Origin: Haliotis cracherodii
Lineage: Eukaryota
Assembly (NCBI RefSeq): GCF_022045235.1
Contig: NW_027266275.1
Coordinates: 24,180,001 to 24,244,000 of the forward strand
Length of the DNA stretch: 64,000 nt
Direction: 5' to 3'
Below, piece by piece: positions 47,053 through 61,200 of the stretch. Numbering within the stretch: the first letter of the stretch is position 1; each line of letters opens with the position of its first letter. The position numbers and the translations under genes are program-made. The notes below the pieces were generated by a model. That model did not search any database. It saw only the letters and a list, made by a program, of their open reading frames with translations, and was not told the origin of the DNA.

Positions 47053-50000
47053 TGTATGTGTGTGCGTGTGAGACTATAAGGAAGCCCTCTTCCTATCTGT
47101 GAATATGATGTGTAGATGAACATTGAACACTGATGTTCTCTCCTTGTCCGGAGAAAATAAACCAAGTGTTAAGTATCACATGTTTTGTTTATTATCTTTG
47201 CTGGAGCAGTCAGAGCAACGCAATATTAACCATATGTAATGTCAAATTACCCTTTTCAATGTGGGGTATTTTGTGTTTTACTTGATGCAAAATATTACGT
47301 CCCACACCATTCAAACTGGGAATGGTACTTCACACTAATGGAGCACACCAGTATGGCTATTTGAATAATTATACCTATCAAAACTGTAGATTGCATGTTA
47401 TGCATCAATGCATAATGCAGATTCTGGTAGGCAATACTCTAAAAGTTCATGGTGTCATTGTTTAAATGTCTTCAATCTAACGCTGAAATGCCCATTTATG
47501 GTAGGTTTTTAAGTCTTGTACATGTGCAGTGATATAACAGTAACATTCTTGGAAATTAAGTGACGCATGTCACATGTCACCATCCTGGCAAGGGCGCGAG
47601 TATATAGTTAAACAATGGAATTATGTCCATCCTTCCGGGGACGTTTTTGTGTGCAACCTATAACTTGAAAACTACAGCATAGAATCTTTTCAAATTTGGT
47701 GAACACTTTCTATATCAATGGGAGAGGTGCAGTGCCAAGTTTGATTTGATATGTGGATTTTCTGAGAAAATAATGTTGGATTCTTTTCATCCATGTTCTA
47801 CATCTTCCCGAGACAAGGGAGTTATAACTGACTGTAACAGTCCAGTGTGGAAACAGGACTTTTATAGTCAGTTAACTCCCTTGCCTCGGGAAGATGTCAG
47901 TTCTATTACTCTGTAACTTGGCTTAAAGCAGTTAAGTCCAAAAAATGCTCAAAAATATGCTTTTGATATTTAACATTATAAACACATAAAAATGTGTAAA
48001 ACGTCAAGTGCTTATCAAAAAGGATAAACATCACTAAAAACATAAGTGCCCAACTTTAGTTGTTGGTTGGCATCTATTGAGAAGAAGGATACTTTGCCGT
48101 AAACAGAAAAACAAATCGCCCATTCAAGCAGCTCAACGCGAGATCACAGCGTGAGGTGCCATATAGACAAGAAAAGGAGGACAAAAGCACTCGGAAATGA
48201 TTGACAAAAGCACTCAAAATGATTATCCATTTTGAAAAATCGTTAAAAAAACCAGACAATTAATGTTTACAATTAAAAAGTCTGACTGCTACTCTGTTTT
48301 GCTCGCCATTGGTGAATGTATCAATATATAATTGTTGTTATGTGTAATGTATTAATGTCGGTTGATTGATGTAGGTTTCTAGATACAACCCGTTGGATAC
48401 AATCAAACCACGGAGGAAGGGTCATGAAAAAAATCATGTGATTCTTATTTGAATTTTCAACCAGTGCTTTCTTCATTATCACAAACGTAAAGCACAGACT
48501 TCGTTCAATGTTACATCGTTAACTTGACGGAGAAGGCTGGCGGGTTTCCGTATTGACTGACCGATGTGATTCCCTCGTACGTGTAGCCAGCCCCCTAGCA
48601 GCATTGGGCTCCAGAATGGTACGTTAAGGATAGTCTCCCGACCAACCGGGAGATATCCTTGTGGAGTAAACGTGGAAATCGTTTAATGAAATCTGTTGTG
48701 CGAGAACGAGTACCCTTCTCACCCTCGGGTTGAACACATCCGTTCAGATGAGGTTATTGCGGCTGGACGGTGATGTTCATTCTCATATTTGGAAACAGGC
48801 GTTATCGGATTTGGATCACCTTCACGGTATATAGTTACGCCATGTTTTCGACAAAGTGTTTTCTCTTTGTCTTTCAGTTTCCCTATATAATGTGAGGTGG
48901 TAGGGTTGCCTAGTGGTTAAAGCGTTCGCTCGTCACACTGAAGGCCCGGGTTCGAGTTCCCACATGGGTACCATGTATGAAGACCATTTCTGGTGTCCCT
49001 CGCCGTGATATTGCTGGAATATTGCTAAAAGCGGCGTAAAACCATACTCACTCATTGGAGATAATGCAGTGACATGAGCAGGATGGTGTTATGCCTTTTT
49101 CTGCAAGTACTTGATCACTGCTCGTTTTCAAGTTTGTCCATTTTCCACAGATTCTTGCTTATTTTACTGTCGCAGCGAACAATTTACTGAAATGACTAAC
49201 GATTTTGTTGATATACCCCTATGACATCAAGTAATGTTGAATTTCACTATGACGCGATTCCTTCTATGTGAGGTTCAGAAAATATCGATCAACCCCATGG
49301 TATCAAAATTTCACTCCAGTGAAATGACATGTTTTATTATGGTTTTGTTTTTTCGTGATCTGTAAAATGAGAAAAACAGATTTTTGGTTAGATGATCATG
49401 TTATTATATCAGACAAAAATATCCTCTTTATATTTTGAAATGAAATATGTTCTAAAAATCTTAAAAAGAGGGGGGGAATCGAAAATATGAAGGCATGATT
49501 CTTCTATGGTTAATAACGCCTTTATTGTTTGTAACGGCGTTTCGGGATTGCTGCCTGTGCCGTCACCACCACTGAAACGTCGTTAACGTATATTGGTCAA
49601 AGACAGCATAATATAAAGTGCGCTGAAACTAATCGAAGCGGCATGTCAATCACGCTAACTTTCAAGCTTCTCCAGGATGTCACTAAATCTTGTATATCAT
49701 GGTCCGTAGTGAAGATAAATGGCGAAATACACATCTTATGGGAACATAAATTAATACCATGATAGAATATGTCGATATCACGAACATCAAAAGATCTACA
49801 TGATATATACGGTGTATATGAACTATATATCATAATGAACACGGCTGTGGTCTGACACATGATGATGCTAGTTGACATCCCGGACTATTATAATGTACTA
49901 ATATGTACATGGCAGTGTGTGTGTCTCGTGTCCGCTTATATGGAAGTGGAGCTACTGTTGGAACTGCACCTCTGAATACACCTCCGGTTAACCGGTCCTG

Positions 50001-50244
50001 TCCTCGCTGTCGCATCGGACAGAAAATCCCAGCCAGCTTTAATTTCGTGTCTCAAAACACAGCAGTGTACGTAGAAACTAAGTGTACTTGATTAATAAAC
50101 TATAGCTAGATTAGATAAGGGACGGTGCTTAGTAGGTTGTATATAATCTTGCTTCAGTCAGTTTATTTACTTTCTTTGTGAATGTCTTTCTCTTGGCGGA
50201 TTGTTACCTTGTATGTTGATGAGTAGGATGATGAGTCGGTTGCA

Positions 50245-50591
50245 GTGGTGGTGAAATGGGGTTAAACGTCGCGTCCAAGATATTGCACTTATATAGCGAC
50301 GTGCATGCCCGTGTATGTGTGTGGCTGCTTGTACTAGTCCGGACTGATGCCGATTTATAGGGCTAGCACACTGAGATACCATGCCACAGTTTAACATGAA
50401 TACCCCACTCAGACACAGTTAACTGACGCCGAGCCGACCAGTCCTTGTTTTATCCCCTTAATGCCGAGCGCCAGACAGGGTAACAACAAGTACCATATTT
50501 TAACGTCTTTTGGTATGACGCGGACGAGGATCGAATCCCGGACCTTCCGCTCTCCGGGCGGACGCTCTACCACTAGACAACGGAGGCGGTC
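50245..50591 (-). mobile_element. SINE family D (tRNA head, Meta/MESC-like core)
   Basis: Core cgtcataccaaaagacgttaaaa...ggcgctcggcattaaggg. Other copies: about 2922-3160(-), 7520-7775(+), 24395-24685(-), 24864-25130(+), 40480-40790(-). Confidence 0.82.
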
Positions 50592-51121
50592 GTTGGTTGC
50601 AGACGGGCAGCCAATATAAAAATGCAGATCGTCACAAATTTTGGAATTGTAAAGAGCATACCCACATGGATGAGAAACACGTGTTGATATGACTTGTGAA
50701 ATGAAAATCACAGAACTATGCGGGGAAATGTGTTTAGTTAATGTTTAACAAAATCGAGTGCTTCAAGCTGTGGTAGCAATCTGAAACACGTGTATATGCA
50801 GTACACAGCACATGACGGATATGCAAGTAGTCGTCTAATGTGTTTTAATCAGTGTTTTATTACTATTTTATTATGCAGTGTCTCATGGGCATTGTGGCTG
50901 GAAGTCCCCATTGTTTCATGCTCTTTTATCTGTGATTTATGCAATGGGTGTTTTCTGTGGCACACAAATAAACTAGATTTTTCTTAAAACACAATGTATT
51001 CGCATAAGCCTGTATTGTCCACGGATACGAATAAGCGTTGTCGTTTCTCCATTACCCCTGGGGTGTTACTGCACATTAGCAGTTAATATATGCGGCCTGT
51101 AGCACATCTCTTACATACATC

Positions 51122-51122
<1 letters not shown>

Positions 51123-51195
<73 letters not shown>

Positions 51196-51418
51196 GATTA
51201 ATATTGATAACGTTTCTAGATTTGTTATCGCTCTCTTTCTCTCTCTCTTGATGATTAATACTGCTTGCGTTTCTAGATGTGTTATCGCTCTCTCTTCCTC
51301 TTTCTCTCTCTCTCAATGATTAATACTGATTACGTTGCTAGATGTGTTATCGCTCTCTCTTCCTCTTTCTCTCTCTCTCTCTCTCTCAATGATTAATACT
51401 GATTGCGTTGCTAGATTT

Positions 51419-51478
<60 letters not shown>
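51123..51478. repeat. (CT)n microsatellites separated by a repeated spacer (atgattaatac...ctagatgtgttatcg)
   Basis: Seen directly. Confidence 0.9.
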
Positions 51479-51483
<5 letters not shown>

Positions 51484-51988
51484 AGACATTGCTCAATCGT
51501 ATGCCCCACACCTTGTTGTGACAATGCAGGTGCGGACGTGCAGGTCCGAGTTCTATTCTGTTGTTGACTTTCCTACTATTGGCTTCGGGGCATCAATGAC
51601 GGGAGTGTATTAGAAGCCTAGTCCGGTATCTGCGTCCACGTTGGTAGCGCTCCCCACCGTGTTGTGCCTTTATGTGCAGTCAAGCTCGGTATCATTTATC
51701 AAAGACGTGCACAATCCCCCATTACCACGAAGACAAACAAGGATACCAAACAAGGTACTGTCAGGCCTTCCCAATACATCAGATGCAGGGATAATTCCTT
51801 GTATTTACCGCAGTACTAAATAAATGCCTCGCGAGGCCCTTCAACCGTGTTGAGTAACGGTAAACAACCTTCTCACCCCACCGCAGCTAATGGACTCGTC
51901 TTAAACCTAAACACAAGCGTCAGCTCTGTAGTCCCATTCATGAACGCTGTGATCACATTCTACAGTTGTCGGGAGTTGGGGGAACGGA

Positions 51989-51996
51989 TATAAATA
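51989..51996 (+). promoter_or_regulatory. TATA box of the SDR gene
   Basis: TATAAATA about 90 nt upstream of ATG 52080. Confidence 0.55.
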
Positions 51997-52079
51997 GAAC
52001 TCTACACTTACTTAAGACCCATTTCTCAATAGTATACAAACATTTTGTTGAGCGCTGCGATACTGCACGGTGCGTCCCA

Positions 52080-52290
52080 ATGGAGAACCACACACTTCTT
52101 GGACTGATTACTGCAGCCTTTGGACTGCTAGTATATATGGTTCAACCTGAGCCCCTGCGATCTGTTGTGTTAACGAACGAAATAACTTCAATTGTTTTCT
52201 ATGTTGCGGTTGTGGCGCTAACGCTTGCATTGATGAGGAAGGCCCCCGAAGAAGATGTGGACAGTGGGGGAAAAGCAGTTTTCATCACAG
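52080..52290 (+). CDS. Exon 1 of a membrane-anchored short-chain dehydrogenase/reductase (BDH1/RDH/17-beta-HSD-like)
   Basis: Two hydrophobic segments, then KAVFITG cut by a phase-1 donor G|GTGAGT inside the TGxxxGxG motif. Later exons were not found in the window. Confidence 0.75.
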
Positions 52291-53544
52291 GTGAGTGGAC
52301 TATTTTGAACGCAGGACATATCAACCACCCAGGTGTTTTAACTATCAAATAGATAGCTAGGTAGCTTCAGGTGACGTTTTAGAACCCGGCTTTGCGGTTG
52401 TGGTCTAGCGATTTCTTTCACTGAGAGGTAAATGCTGTCATTACACACTGAAGCAAGCCTGTGTGTAGCCCAAGGGTTTGTTATGTCAGCCATCTGCTAC
52501 CTCCCGTGATCATTAAGCGGTTTAGTGTCATATCTAAGTTATAAATCAGTATGTACATATGTACTATTAAAATAATATTTGCAATATTTAATACCGTTAC
52601 TTCATATGAATCGCCATCACCAAATCAGACGATTATTTACTGTATATAACACTGCGGGGTGTTTAAAGAAAAATCAATCATCTTGTTTTGTATCCTGGGT
52701 CTTTTTCTTCTTCTCCAAAAGAAAAAATACATTTTGTATAAAAAGTATGTGAAATAATAGGAAATGAAAATCAATAATGAACTTCTGTTTTGCTCGTTGA
52801 TTAGACGTAGCTTATGACACATGTCAAACTTCACCTGTCATATGAAATGTATTACTAACAGGCATCTAGGAAGTTAAACCATTTATACAACATATGTGCA
52901 ACACCTCGTTTATAACACGGGGTTCATTTACACACGGGCTATCAATAAACGTGGACTTTTGACCCATATCAGCCTCGACAGATATCCCCATACCACAGAT
53001 ATTTATATTGCAGACTGGGTCCAAACGTATGTGTTGAATGTTGTTACTCTATATTAGCCTGGGGCCTCTCTGCTCAGGACTACGGGCCACGGTCATTAGA
53101 CCCAATGTATTTTGAAGTAATTGACATATATGTTACGACATTCTGCCTGGTATCTGTGATATCGACAGCAGATGGGCTTTTGCTGAGTAGCTGGAACGAA
53201 TTGGGTTAGTCTGGGTACGGGTGTGTCAACATTAGCCGTTGACCCACTAAGAATGGGCAAACATTTGCAAGCTTTTGTAATGGTAGTTTACGAAATTTGT
53301 GTACGGTTAACAGCGTCAAATATAAAACTTATTTAACTATAGCATCCTGCTTGAAAAGCGCACCCCATGTCCCACTGTGGAGGGGAAAACAGTGTTGGGT
53401 TGACCAAGTTTCAAGGTCGTATAGCCCGTATTGTTAATGTATGTGGAGTTTTAAAGTGAAAACCGATAATGGATGTCCAACTGCAAGGTGTTCGAGTTGG
53501 GTTCTACACAGTTTCCCTGCTTCTGTTGCCATGTCAAGATCTGA

Positions 53545-55162
53545 CTATTTCCCCATTGTCCACAACGAAACTGTTTCCTCGTTGTACACAACGAAACTAT
53601 TTCCCCATGGTACACAACGAAACTATTTCCCCATGGTACACAACGAAACTATTTCCCCATGGTACACAACGAGACTGTTTCCCCGTGGTCCACAACGAAA
53701 CTGTTTCCCATGGTATACAACGAAGTTGAAAGTACATCTGGACATGCGGAAGTATGTTTGAACACATTTAACTGTGTCGTGGGTATATTTTTCGATTATT
53801 TTATTTTTCGATTTCTTGGGTATATTTTTGGTTTGTCGTATTTTCGCACATAGCATTCATCGATAGGGGGGACGAGTCTTCTTGCAGGTTACGGAAAGGG
53901 GCGAGTAGTGACGAATGACAACGAAACTGTGTCCCCATGGTATGCAACGAAACTGTTTCCCCATGGCATACAGCGAAACTATTCCCCACTGCACACAACG
54001 AAACTATTTCCCCATGGCACACAACGAAACTGTTTCCCCATGCTATACAACGAAACTTTCCCCACCACACAACGAAACTGTTTTCCCATGGTATACAACG
54101 AAACTATTTCTCCATGGTACGCAACGAAACTGTTTCACCGTGGTCCACAACGAGACTGTTTCCGATTGTACACTACAAAAGTGTTTCCCAATGAAACTAC
54201 AACGAAACTATTTCCCCATGGCACACAGCGAAACTGTTTCACCACGGTACACAACGAAACTGTTTCACCACGGTACACAACGAATCTGTTTCCCCATGGT
54301 ATACAACGAAACTGTTTCACCACGGTTCACAGCGAAACTGTTTCACCACGGTACACAACGAAACTATTTCCCCATGGTACACAACGAAACTATTTCCCCA
54401 GGGCACACAACGAAACTATTTCCCCATGGTACACAACGAAACTGTTTCACCACGGTTCACAACGAAACTGTTTCACCACGGTACACAACGAAACTGTTTC
54501 ACCACGGTTCACAACGAAACTGTTTCACCACGGTACACAACGAAACTATTTCACCACGGTACACAACGAAACTATTTCCCCATGGTACACAACGAATCTG
54601 TTTCCCCAGGGCACACAACGAAACTATTTCCCCATGGTACACAACGAAACCGTTTCACCACGGTACACAACGAAACTGTTTCCCCATGGTATACAACGAA
54701 ACTGATTCCCCATGGTACACAACGAAACTGTTTCCCCACGGTACACAACGAAACTGTTTCCCCATGGTACACAACGAAACTGTTTCCCCATGGTATACAA
54801 CGAAACTATTTCCCCATGGTACACAACGAAACTGTTTCCCCACGGTACACAACGAAACTGTTTCCCCATGGTACACAACGAAACTGTTTCCCCACGGTAC
54901 ACAACGAAACTGTTTCCCCATGGTACACAACGAAACTGTTTCCCCACGGTACACAACGAAACTGTTTCCCCATGGTACACAACGAAACTGTTTCCCCATG
55001 GTACACAACGAAACTGTTTCCCCATGGTACACAACGAAACTGTTTCCCCATGGTACACAACGAAACTGTTTCACCATGGCACACAACGAAACTGATTCCA
55101 CATGATATACAACGAAACTGTTTCCCCATGGTATACAACGAAACTATTTCCCCATGGTACAC
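53545..55162. repeat. 26-bp minisatellite in two blocks (53545-53725 and 53918-55162)
   Basis: Unit gtacacaacgaaactgtttccccatg, more than 50 copies. It generates the 26-aa-periodic ORFs. Confidence 0.95.
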
Positions 55163-56214
55163 GTCGATAAGCTTTTACCACGGCTAGTGTCGTTATTAAT
55201 GAAATAAGTCTAATGCAGCTATTCTTCCCCGGATCTTCACGGGTCTCGACACACGTTGTTGATTACGACGATCCTTGGCGCCTCGGTACGACGACAAACT
55301 ATCCTCCTGACTACCAATTCCCACCTTAGTGTGCTCTTTTGATAAACGTGGAGTACCTGGACCTGTTCTCATCCGGCACCCCACGGAGACTCGAACATAC
55401 GGTGCTGAGGTGCCACACTGCTCACAGATCCCTATGGGGTCTCAAGTCTTTCTGAAACCAAACAATGTTATACAGTCAACTTTATTTGATCAGATCGTGG
55501 GTTCGAATCGCGGTTGGATTATGTTTCTTTGTCAGCACCATACCCATGGATTTCACCCAAGTGGTAAACGTCTAAGACCCGCATCATCATTTCGGGTTTT
55601 ATTGATCAGAACAGCGTTATTCATAGAAGTACCCGTTCCGTTGTCTCTGATTTATCCCAAGTTGCATATTATACACCCTGCGACACTCTTAATTCTCGAC
55701 CAGTGATCACCAAAACATATAATATATCCAGGAACTACCCCTCTCTAAATGAATGCAAGCTCACTGTGGTATGCCCACACGCACGTTTATTTATATCTAT
55801 GTAATTTCTCTTTGTTAATGTTCACCTATAAACATGTCAGCCATTTTGTCGTAAAACTGAACATCCAGTTTCTGTGGCGTAAGTGTTGGCGAAGCGTTGA
55901 ATAAATTTAAATTTAAATTGTCCTACCAGGCACAGGTTCTTTACTGCTAGTTTTGTTTTTTGTTTTGTTGTCCGTCACGGAACACCAGACGCGATCATTC
56001 TTTCAAATAAATTATGTTCAGTGCACACGGGTCTTACAACGGAGTATGTTACAAAGGTAGCACACCCTTACAGCACAGCTTATACACGCTATGCAAGAAC
56101 ACACGTGGGTATAGTGCTGTCAGTTGTTACACAGCACTTCTCACCATGTACAGATATGCTCTTGTGTAATGCTGTCCCTACAACAACAGCGGAATGGTCA
56201 GGTTGAAGTAACTG

Positions 56215-57200
56215 ACAATGTTCAGTTACAGTATCACGATATCAGTTTCAGTTGTAATATTCAGTTACAGTTTCAGAATCGTGTTGTATTCAGTTACAGT
56301 CTCAGAATCGTGTGCTATTCAGTTGCAGTTGTAATATTCGGTTACAGTTTCCGAATCGTGTTGCATTCAGTTACAGTTTCAGAATCGTGTGCTATTCAGT
56401 TGCAGTAGTAATATTCGGTGACAGTTTCCGAATCGTGTTGCATTCAGTTACAGTTTCAGAATCGTGTGCTATTCAGTTGCAGTTGTAATATTCGGTGACA
56501 GTTTCCGAATCGTGTTGCATTCAGTTACAGTTTCAGAATCGTGTGCTATTTAGTTGCAGTAGTAATATTCGGTGACAGTTTCCGAATCGTGTTGCATTCA
56601 GTTACAGTTTCAGAATCGTGTGCTATTCAGTTGCAGTTGTAATATTCGGTGACAGTTTCCGAATCGTGTTGCATTCAGTTACGGTTTCAGCATCGTGTGC
56701 TATTCAGTTGCAGTAGTAATATTCGGTGACAGTTTCCGAATCGTGTTGCATTCAGTTACAGTTTCAGAATCGTGTGCTATTCAGTTGCAGTAGTAACATT
56801 CGGTGACAGTTTCCAAATCGTGTTGCATTCAGTTACAGTTTCAGAATCGTGTGCTATTCAGTTGCAGTAGTAATATTCGGTGACAGTTTCCGAATCGTGT
56901 TGCATTCAGTTACAGTTTCAGAATTGTGTGCTATTCAGTTGCAGTAGTAATATTCGGTGACAGTTTCCGAATCGTGTTGTATTCAGTTACAATTTCAGAA
57001 TCGTATAATATTCAGTTGCAGTTGTAATATTCGGTTACAGTTTCAGAATCATGTGGTCTTCAGTTGCTGTTACAGAATCGTGCGATATTCAGTTACAGTT
57101 GTAATATTCGGTTACAGTTTCAGAATCATGTGGTCTTCAGTTGCAGATGTAATAATCAGGTACAGTTACACAATCGGGTGCTATTAAGTTGAAGTTACAG
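56215..57200. repeat. 77-bp higher-order tandem repeat
   Basis: Period 77 (units at 56366, 56443, 56520), built from 29+19+29 subunits that share ttcRgtKRcagt. Confidence 0.9.
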
Positions 57201-58204
57201 TGTCGTGTGGTGATATCCATCAACAGCGTCGCGTGACAATATTCAGTCAGTGTGGTTACAATCACGTACAGCGTCGTATCGTTATTTTACGCTACAGTCT
57301 GGTGGAAAGCGGGACTCGAGATATGGTTAGAATATTGTAACATGGTTGTTCAAACCAATCTCACTACCCACCATCGTGTCTCACCTTACAATGTAGCATA
57401 GCGCCCTATTCTGTCATACACACCAGCTAGGCTGACCCGCTACAGACGGAATTGCATCTTGAGTAGATACAGGTTTTCTCAAGGAGGATTTAACTGTCAA
57501 ACAGAACACATTAAATACATGTGAAATGCTCTATGCCGGTATACCGGGATACGGTCTGTGCAGTGACTCTCAGTAATTAACGGAAAACCTGCAGGAAGAG
57601 AGTGTAGCACTTCCGATACATGCCTACGGGTCTGTCTGTGGCATGGTCTTGTAGGGGGATAAGAGAAGAGCTCTTTGATTCTGTGCATGAATACAATATC
57701 AAGCCTTTTCCTGTTCTTGCTCCAGCGGTAGAACTTCCTGGTGCCTGTGTTCATAGAACAATCCGATCTACCTTGAGATATCTCTACATGCGATGCACGT
57801 GTAAACATTGATATAGTGGAGTCGTTCCCACGACATTTAACAGAAGCTTAAGCCAAGAGACCACATAAGTGACTACTATTTCATTTGATGTTAACTCGGG
57901 GCGGGTCTCCACACTAGATTGGTCGACGCTTTATGCCAGTGTGTTATTCTAGTTGTGCTATACATACAGACATTACGAGAGGTATTCAGGCACACTGTGA
58001 CGGTGCAATGTCAACGAGAACATCGACAGAAGCCAATGCTCCTCTGTACTTGCGAGGCTCCGGATCAAAGGAGAGAAGCCATTGCGCTTACGGTGTCTCG
58101 ACTCGACTGCAGCAGCCATATGTTGCAGTATGGGATTACACCAACTTCAATTCAGCGATGATATTTTTCATGAGAAATATTAGTGCTGGCTACGTATTGT
58201 TGTT

Positions 58205-61200
58205 ATCCTTTTCATGGACAATCGCAGTTATTATACATGAAAATAGAAAATCAGTTTAGAAAAGCTTTCTTCTTTTACACGAATACGTGAGCTCAAGGAC
58301 GCCATGGGGCCAAGTACAGACGCGTGTATACCTGTATACACGACACCCCTAATATTACGAACTCTACCCAAATAAATCAGACCGGTTCTTGTTCATTCAT
58401 CGAACTGAACAGTTTGCACCGCTGCCCGGGGGTTACAGGTATGTTCGGTATAGCCAGTGTTTTGTTATAGCCGGAGTTGTAAGTAATGTATTATTCACAC
58501 CTGTATGGTGCCATGAGGATAAAGGTACATGTAATATTGTATGGGGATATAGGGAAATGCCATGATACCTTATGGCGTAAGAGCTTAGTGTCCCCCGCCT
58601 GCTACCGTAACACTCCCCCAACCTCGATGTTGGATGTTATAGTGTAAAGACCAGATGGCTGCTCTTTTGTTGGGTGCAGCGGGAACACCAAAACCTGGAT
58701 GCAATATCCATAAAAAATGAAAGGTGAAAATGGCTGAATAACAATAAGCAATGGATAAAATAAAACTTGAACCTTTTGCCAACTTTATTTTTTCTAACTT
58801 TCTTCGGTGTTATAGCATGTGGATGTTTGTGTGTCTATGTCAAGGTTTTATAAGATATGTTTTATGCCTTACAGTAAGTAGTTGCAATTCAGATATAATT
58901 CGATTGTAAGAAATACTGCGTGAGCCCAAAGCCGTTCGTAGCCAATCGTAATGCTCAATTGTTTCTTTGTTTGTTGTTGAACGCCGAACTCTTCAATAGT
59001 CTAGCTCTATGTAGGTCTTTCATAACTTATGTTAAATTAACCTTTAACAAAAATATTGTAAATTAATTTATAAAATACTTTTTCACAGAGTACCATCAAG
59101 AAACCTTGACTCAAATAATTTAGTTATCCTTGAATCTAAACATAATTATCCTCGTTATCCTTGGCATCAAAAGCGATAGTAGTTCCACCTCGTGTCTCAG
59201 TATGTGAAGTATACATAACATTAAGTGAACAATGCGAACGCTGATGTGAATGTTTGTGGTTAACTAGGGGTGTGGGTGTAGCCCATTGTTTGCACAGGCG
59301 GTTAAGCTACCGCAGCCAGATAATAATGTCCACTCTATCTCTCTCGTCATGCTGGGCATTCGTCACCACTCGCCTATTTCCGTAACCTGCAAGAAGATCG
59401 GGAAGGTCACGAATGAAACCGAGTATATATAGTTTCATAACGATTGTGCATAAACAGTACCAGACTGCATTGCCGTAGTGTATGACATGTCCTTATTAAA
59501 TATACATGTATCACTTTGTATCGCGATGCATCCAGCCAGGTGTTCCCCACTGTCCTCTATATCACCATGGCAACGTTTCAGTACACAACAACACATCCAT
59601 GAGATATCTTTATATCCTAAACTCTTTGACATTCAGTTCTGCAAAAGAGCAAAGAATGGGTTTCGATGTACCAAAGCAGGGAAACGAACGCTTTAACCAC
59701 AAGGCTATCTAATGTCAGTTTGAATGTGTAAATAATGCGTGGGCTATCATACTAGATACTGTATCCTTATGCATTGGTGATTTTGAGCTCATATCTTATA
59801 AAACTTCTACTTATTATGAACAGGGGGCACGGGTGGCCCAGTCGTCTAAGGCGCCGCGATTCGCTGTGCAGAGTTGCATCCCTTGGGCACGCCAGAAATC
59901 TATGATTGTGGGTTCGAATTCCGGTTCGCCCCAATTATGTTTCTAGGTCTGTCAGCACCATACCCGTGCTCGTGGATTTCACCGAAGTGGTAAACGTGAC
60001 CTGTATCACTTCGGGCTTTCCTCCCTTATGAAGCTGACACGCTGCGATATAACTGGAATAGGGGGTACGGGTGGCCCAGTCATCTAAGGCGCTGCGATTC
60101 GCTGTGCAGAGTTGCGTCCCTTGGGCACGCCAGAAATCTATGATTGTGGGTTCGAATTCCGGTTCGCCCCAATTATGTTTCTAGGTTTGTCAGCACCATA
60201 CCCGTGCTCGTGGGTTTCACCGAAGTGGTAAATGTCTGAGAGCTGCATCACTTCGGGCTTTCCTCCCACATTAAGCTGACACGCCACGATATAACTGGAA
60301 TACTGTTAAAAGCGGCGTTAAACCCAACTCACTCACTCACTCACTATTTTGAACATCTAGTGCATCGCTGGGCGGAGTCTTTAAGTTCGACGTGCCGACT
60401 TAGTTTGTAAGTAATGAAGCACAACTACAGCGCCGTGTGTTCTATGGTAGGGATGGAGTAATTGGCAAGCCTTATCGTGTTCTTATCTTGTAATGAAACA
60501 ACCAGTTTGATGTATCTCCATGATGCGTGTGGTGCAATGCAGTGTGCATATGGTGATAGTTAGGCAAGGATTATCGACGGGTTAACATGGATTATCTGTG
60601 CAGATGAAGACGCGACGACTGTTAATGCTGTTCCGTGTTGGTACGGTGCTCTCCGGATGCGGTTGCCATGACTGATGGTTTATCGTCTTAACAGACAGCA
60701 GTTGTATGCTAACGTCGCAGCTATTCCGACGGACACATGTGCAATATTTGCAGTGTTTATAATCATAGAATTGGTCTTCAGCTATACTTGCACTAAGAGG
60801 CGACTAACGGGATCGGGTGGTCAGACCTGTTGACTTGGTTGATGCATGTCATCGTATCCCAAAATTAAGGGATCGATGCTCATGATGTCAGGTACTCGAT
60901 TGTCTAGTCCAGACTCAATTATTTACAGACCACCGTCAAATAGCTGGAATATTGTTGAGTGCGGCGTTAACCAACAAATAAATAAACAATCAAAAAGATG
61001 AGTTATTTTGATTATAGTTTCTTCTGTTAGGTGCAAGTAATTTGTATTGGGTACACCTCTTTTAAGTTACCCTCCTGGGGTTTGTGATGGAAACACGGAC
61101 TATCTGACGGTGTCCAGTAATGGCTATATGTTTCACAGACATCTGCCCAGGTTCGTGTGGGACTTGTGTATCACATGGATATGACATTAATATGGAAGAT

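Noticed and set aside
48535-48660. HDV-like ribozyme (ggctggc/gccagcc, tccctcgt) and adjacent 14-bp hairpin
   Set aside because: P3 and P1.1 pairings do not form, and a single hairpin without other copies is uninformative.
53918-55162. CRISPR-like array (GTTTC/GAAAC-containing repeats) and long ORFs
   Set aside because: Units are contiguous with no unique spacers, there are no cas genes, and the context is eukaryotic. The ORFs are a by-product of a stop-free unit.
57497-58259. Cluster of 60-108 aa ORFs
   Set aside because: No recognisable domain or consistent splice structure.
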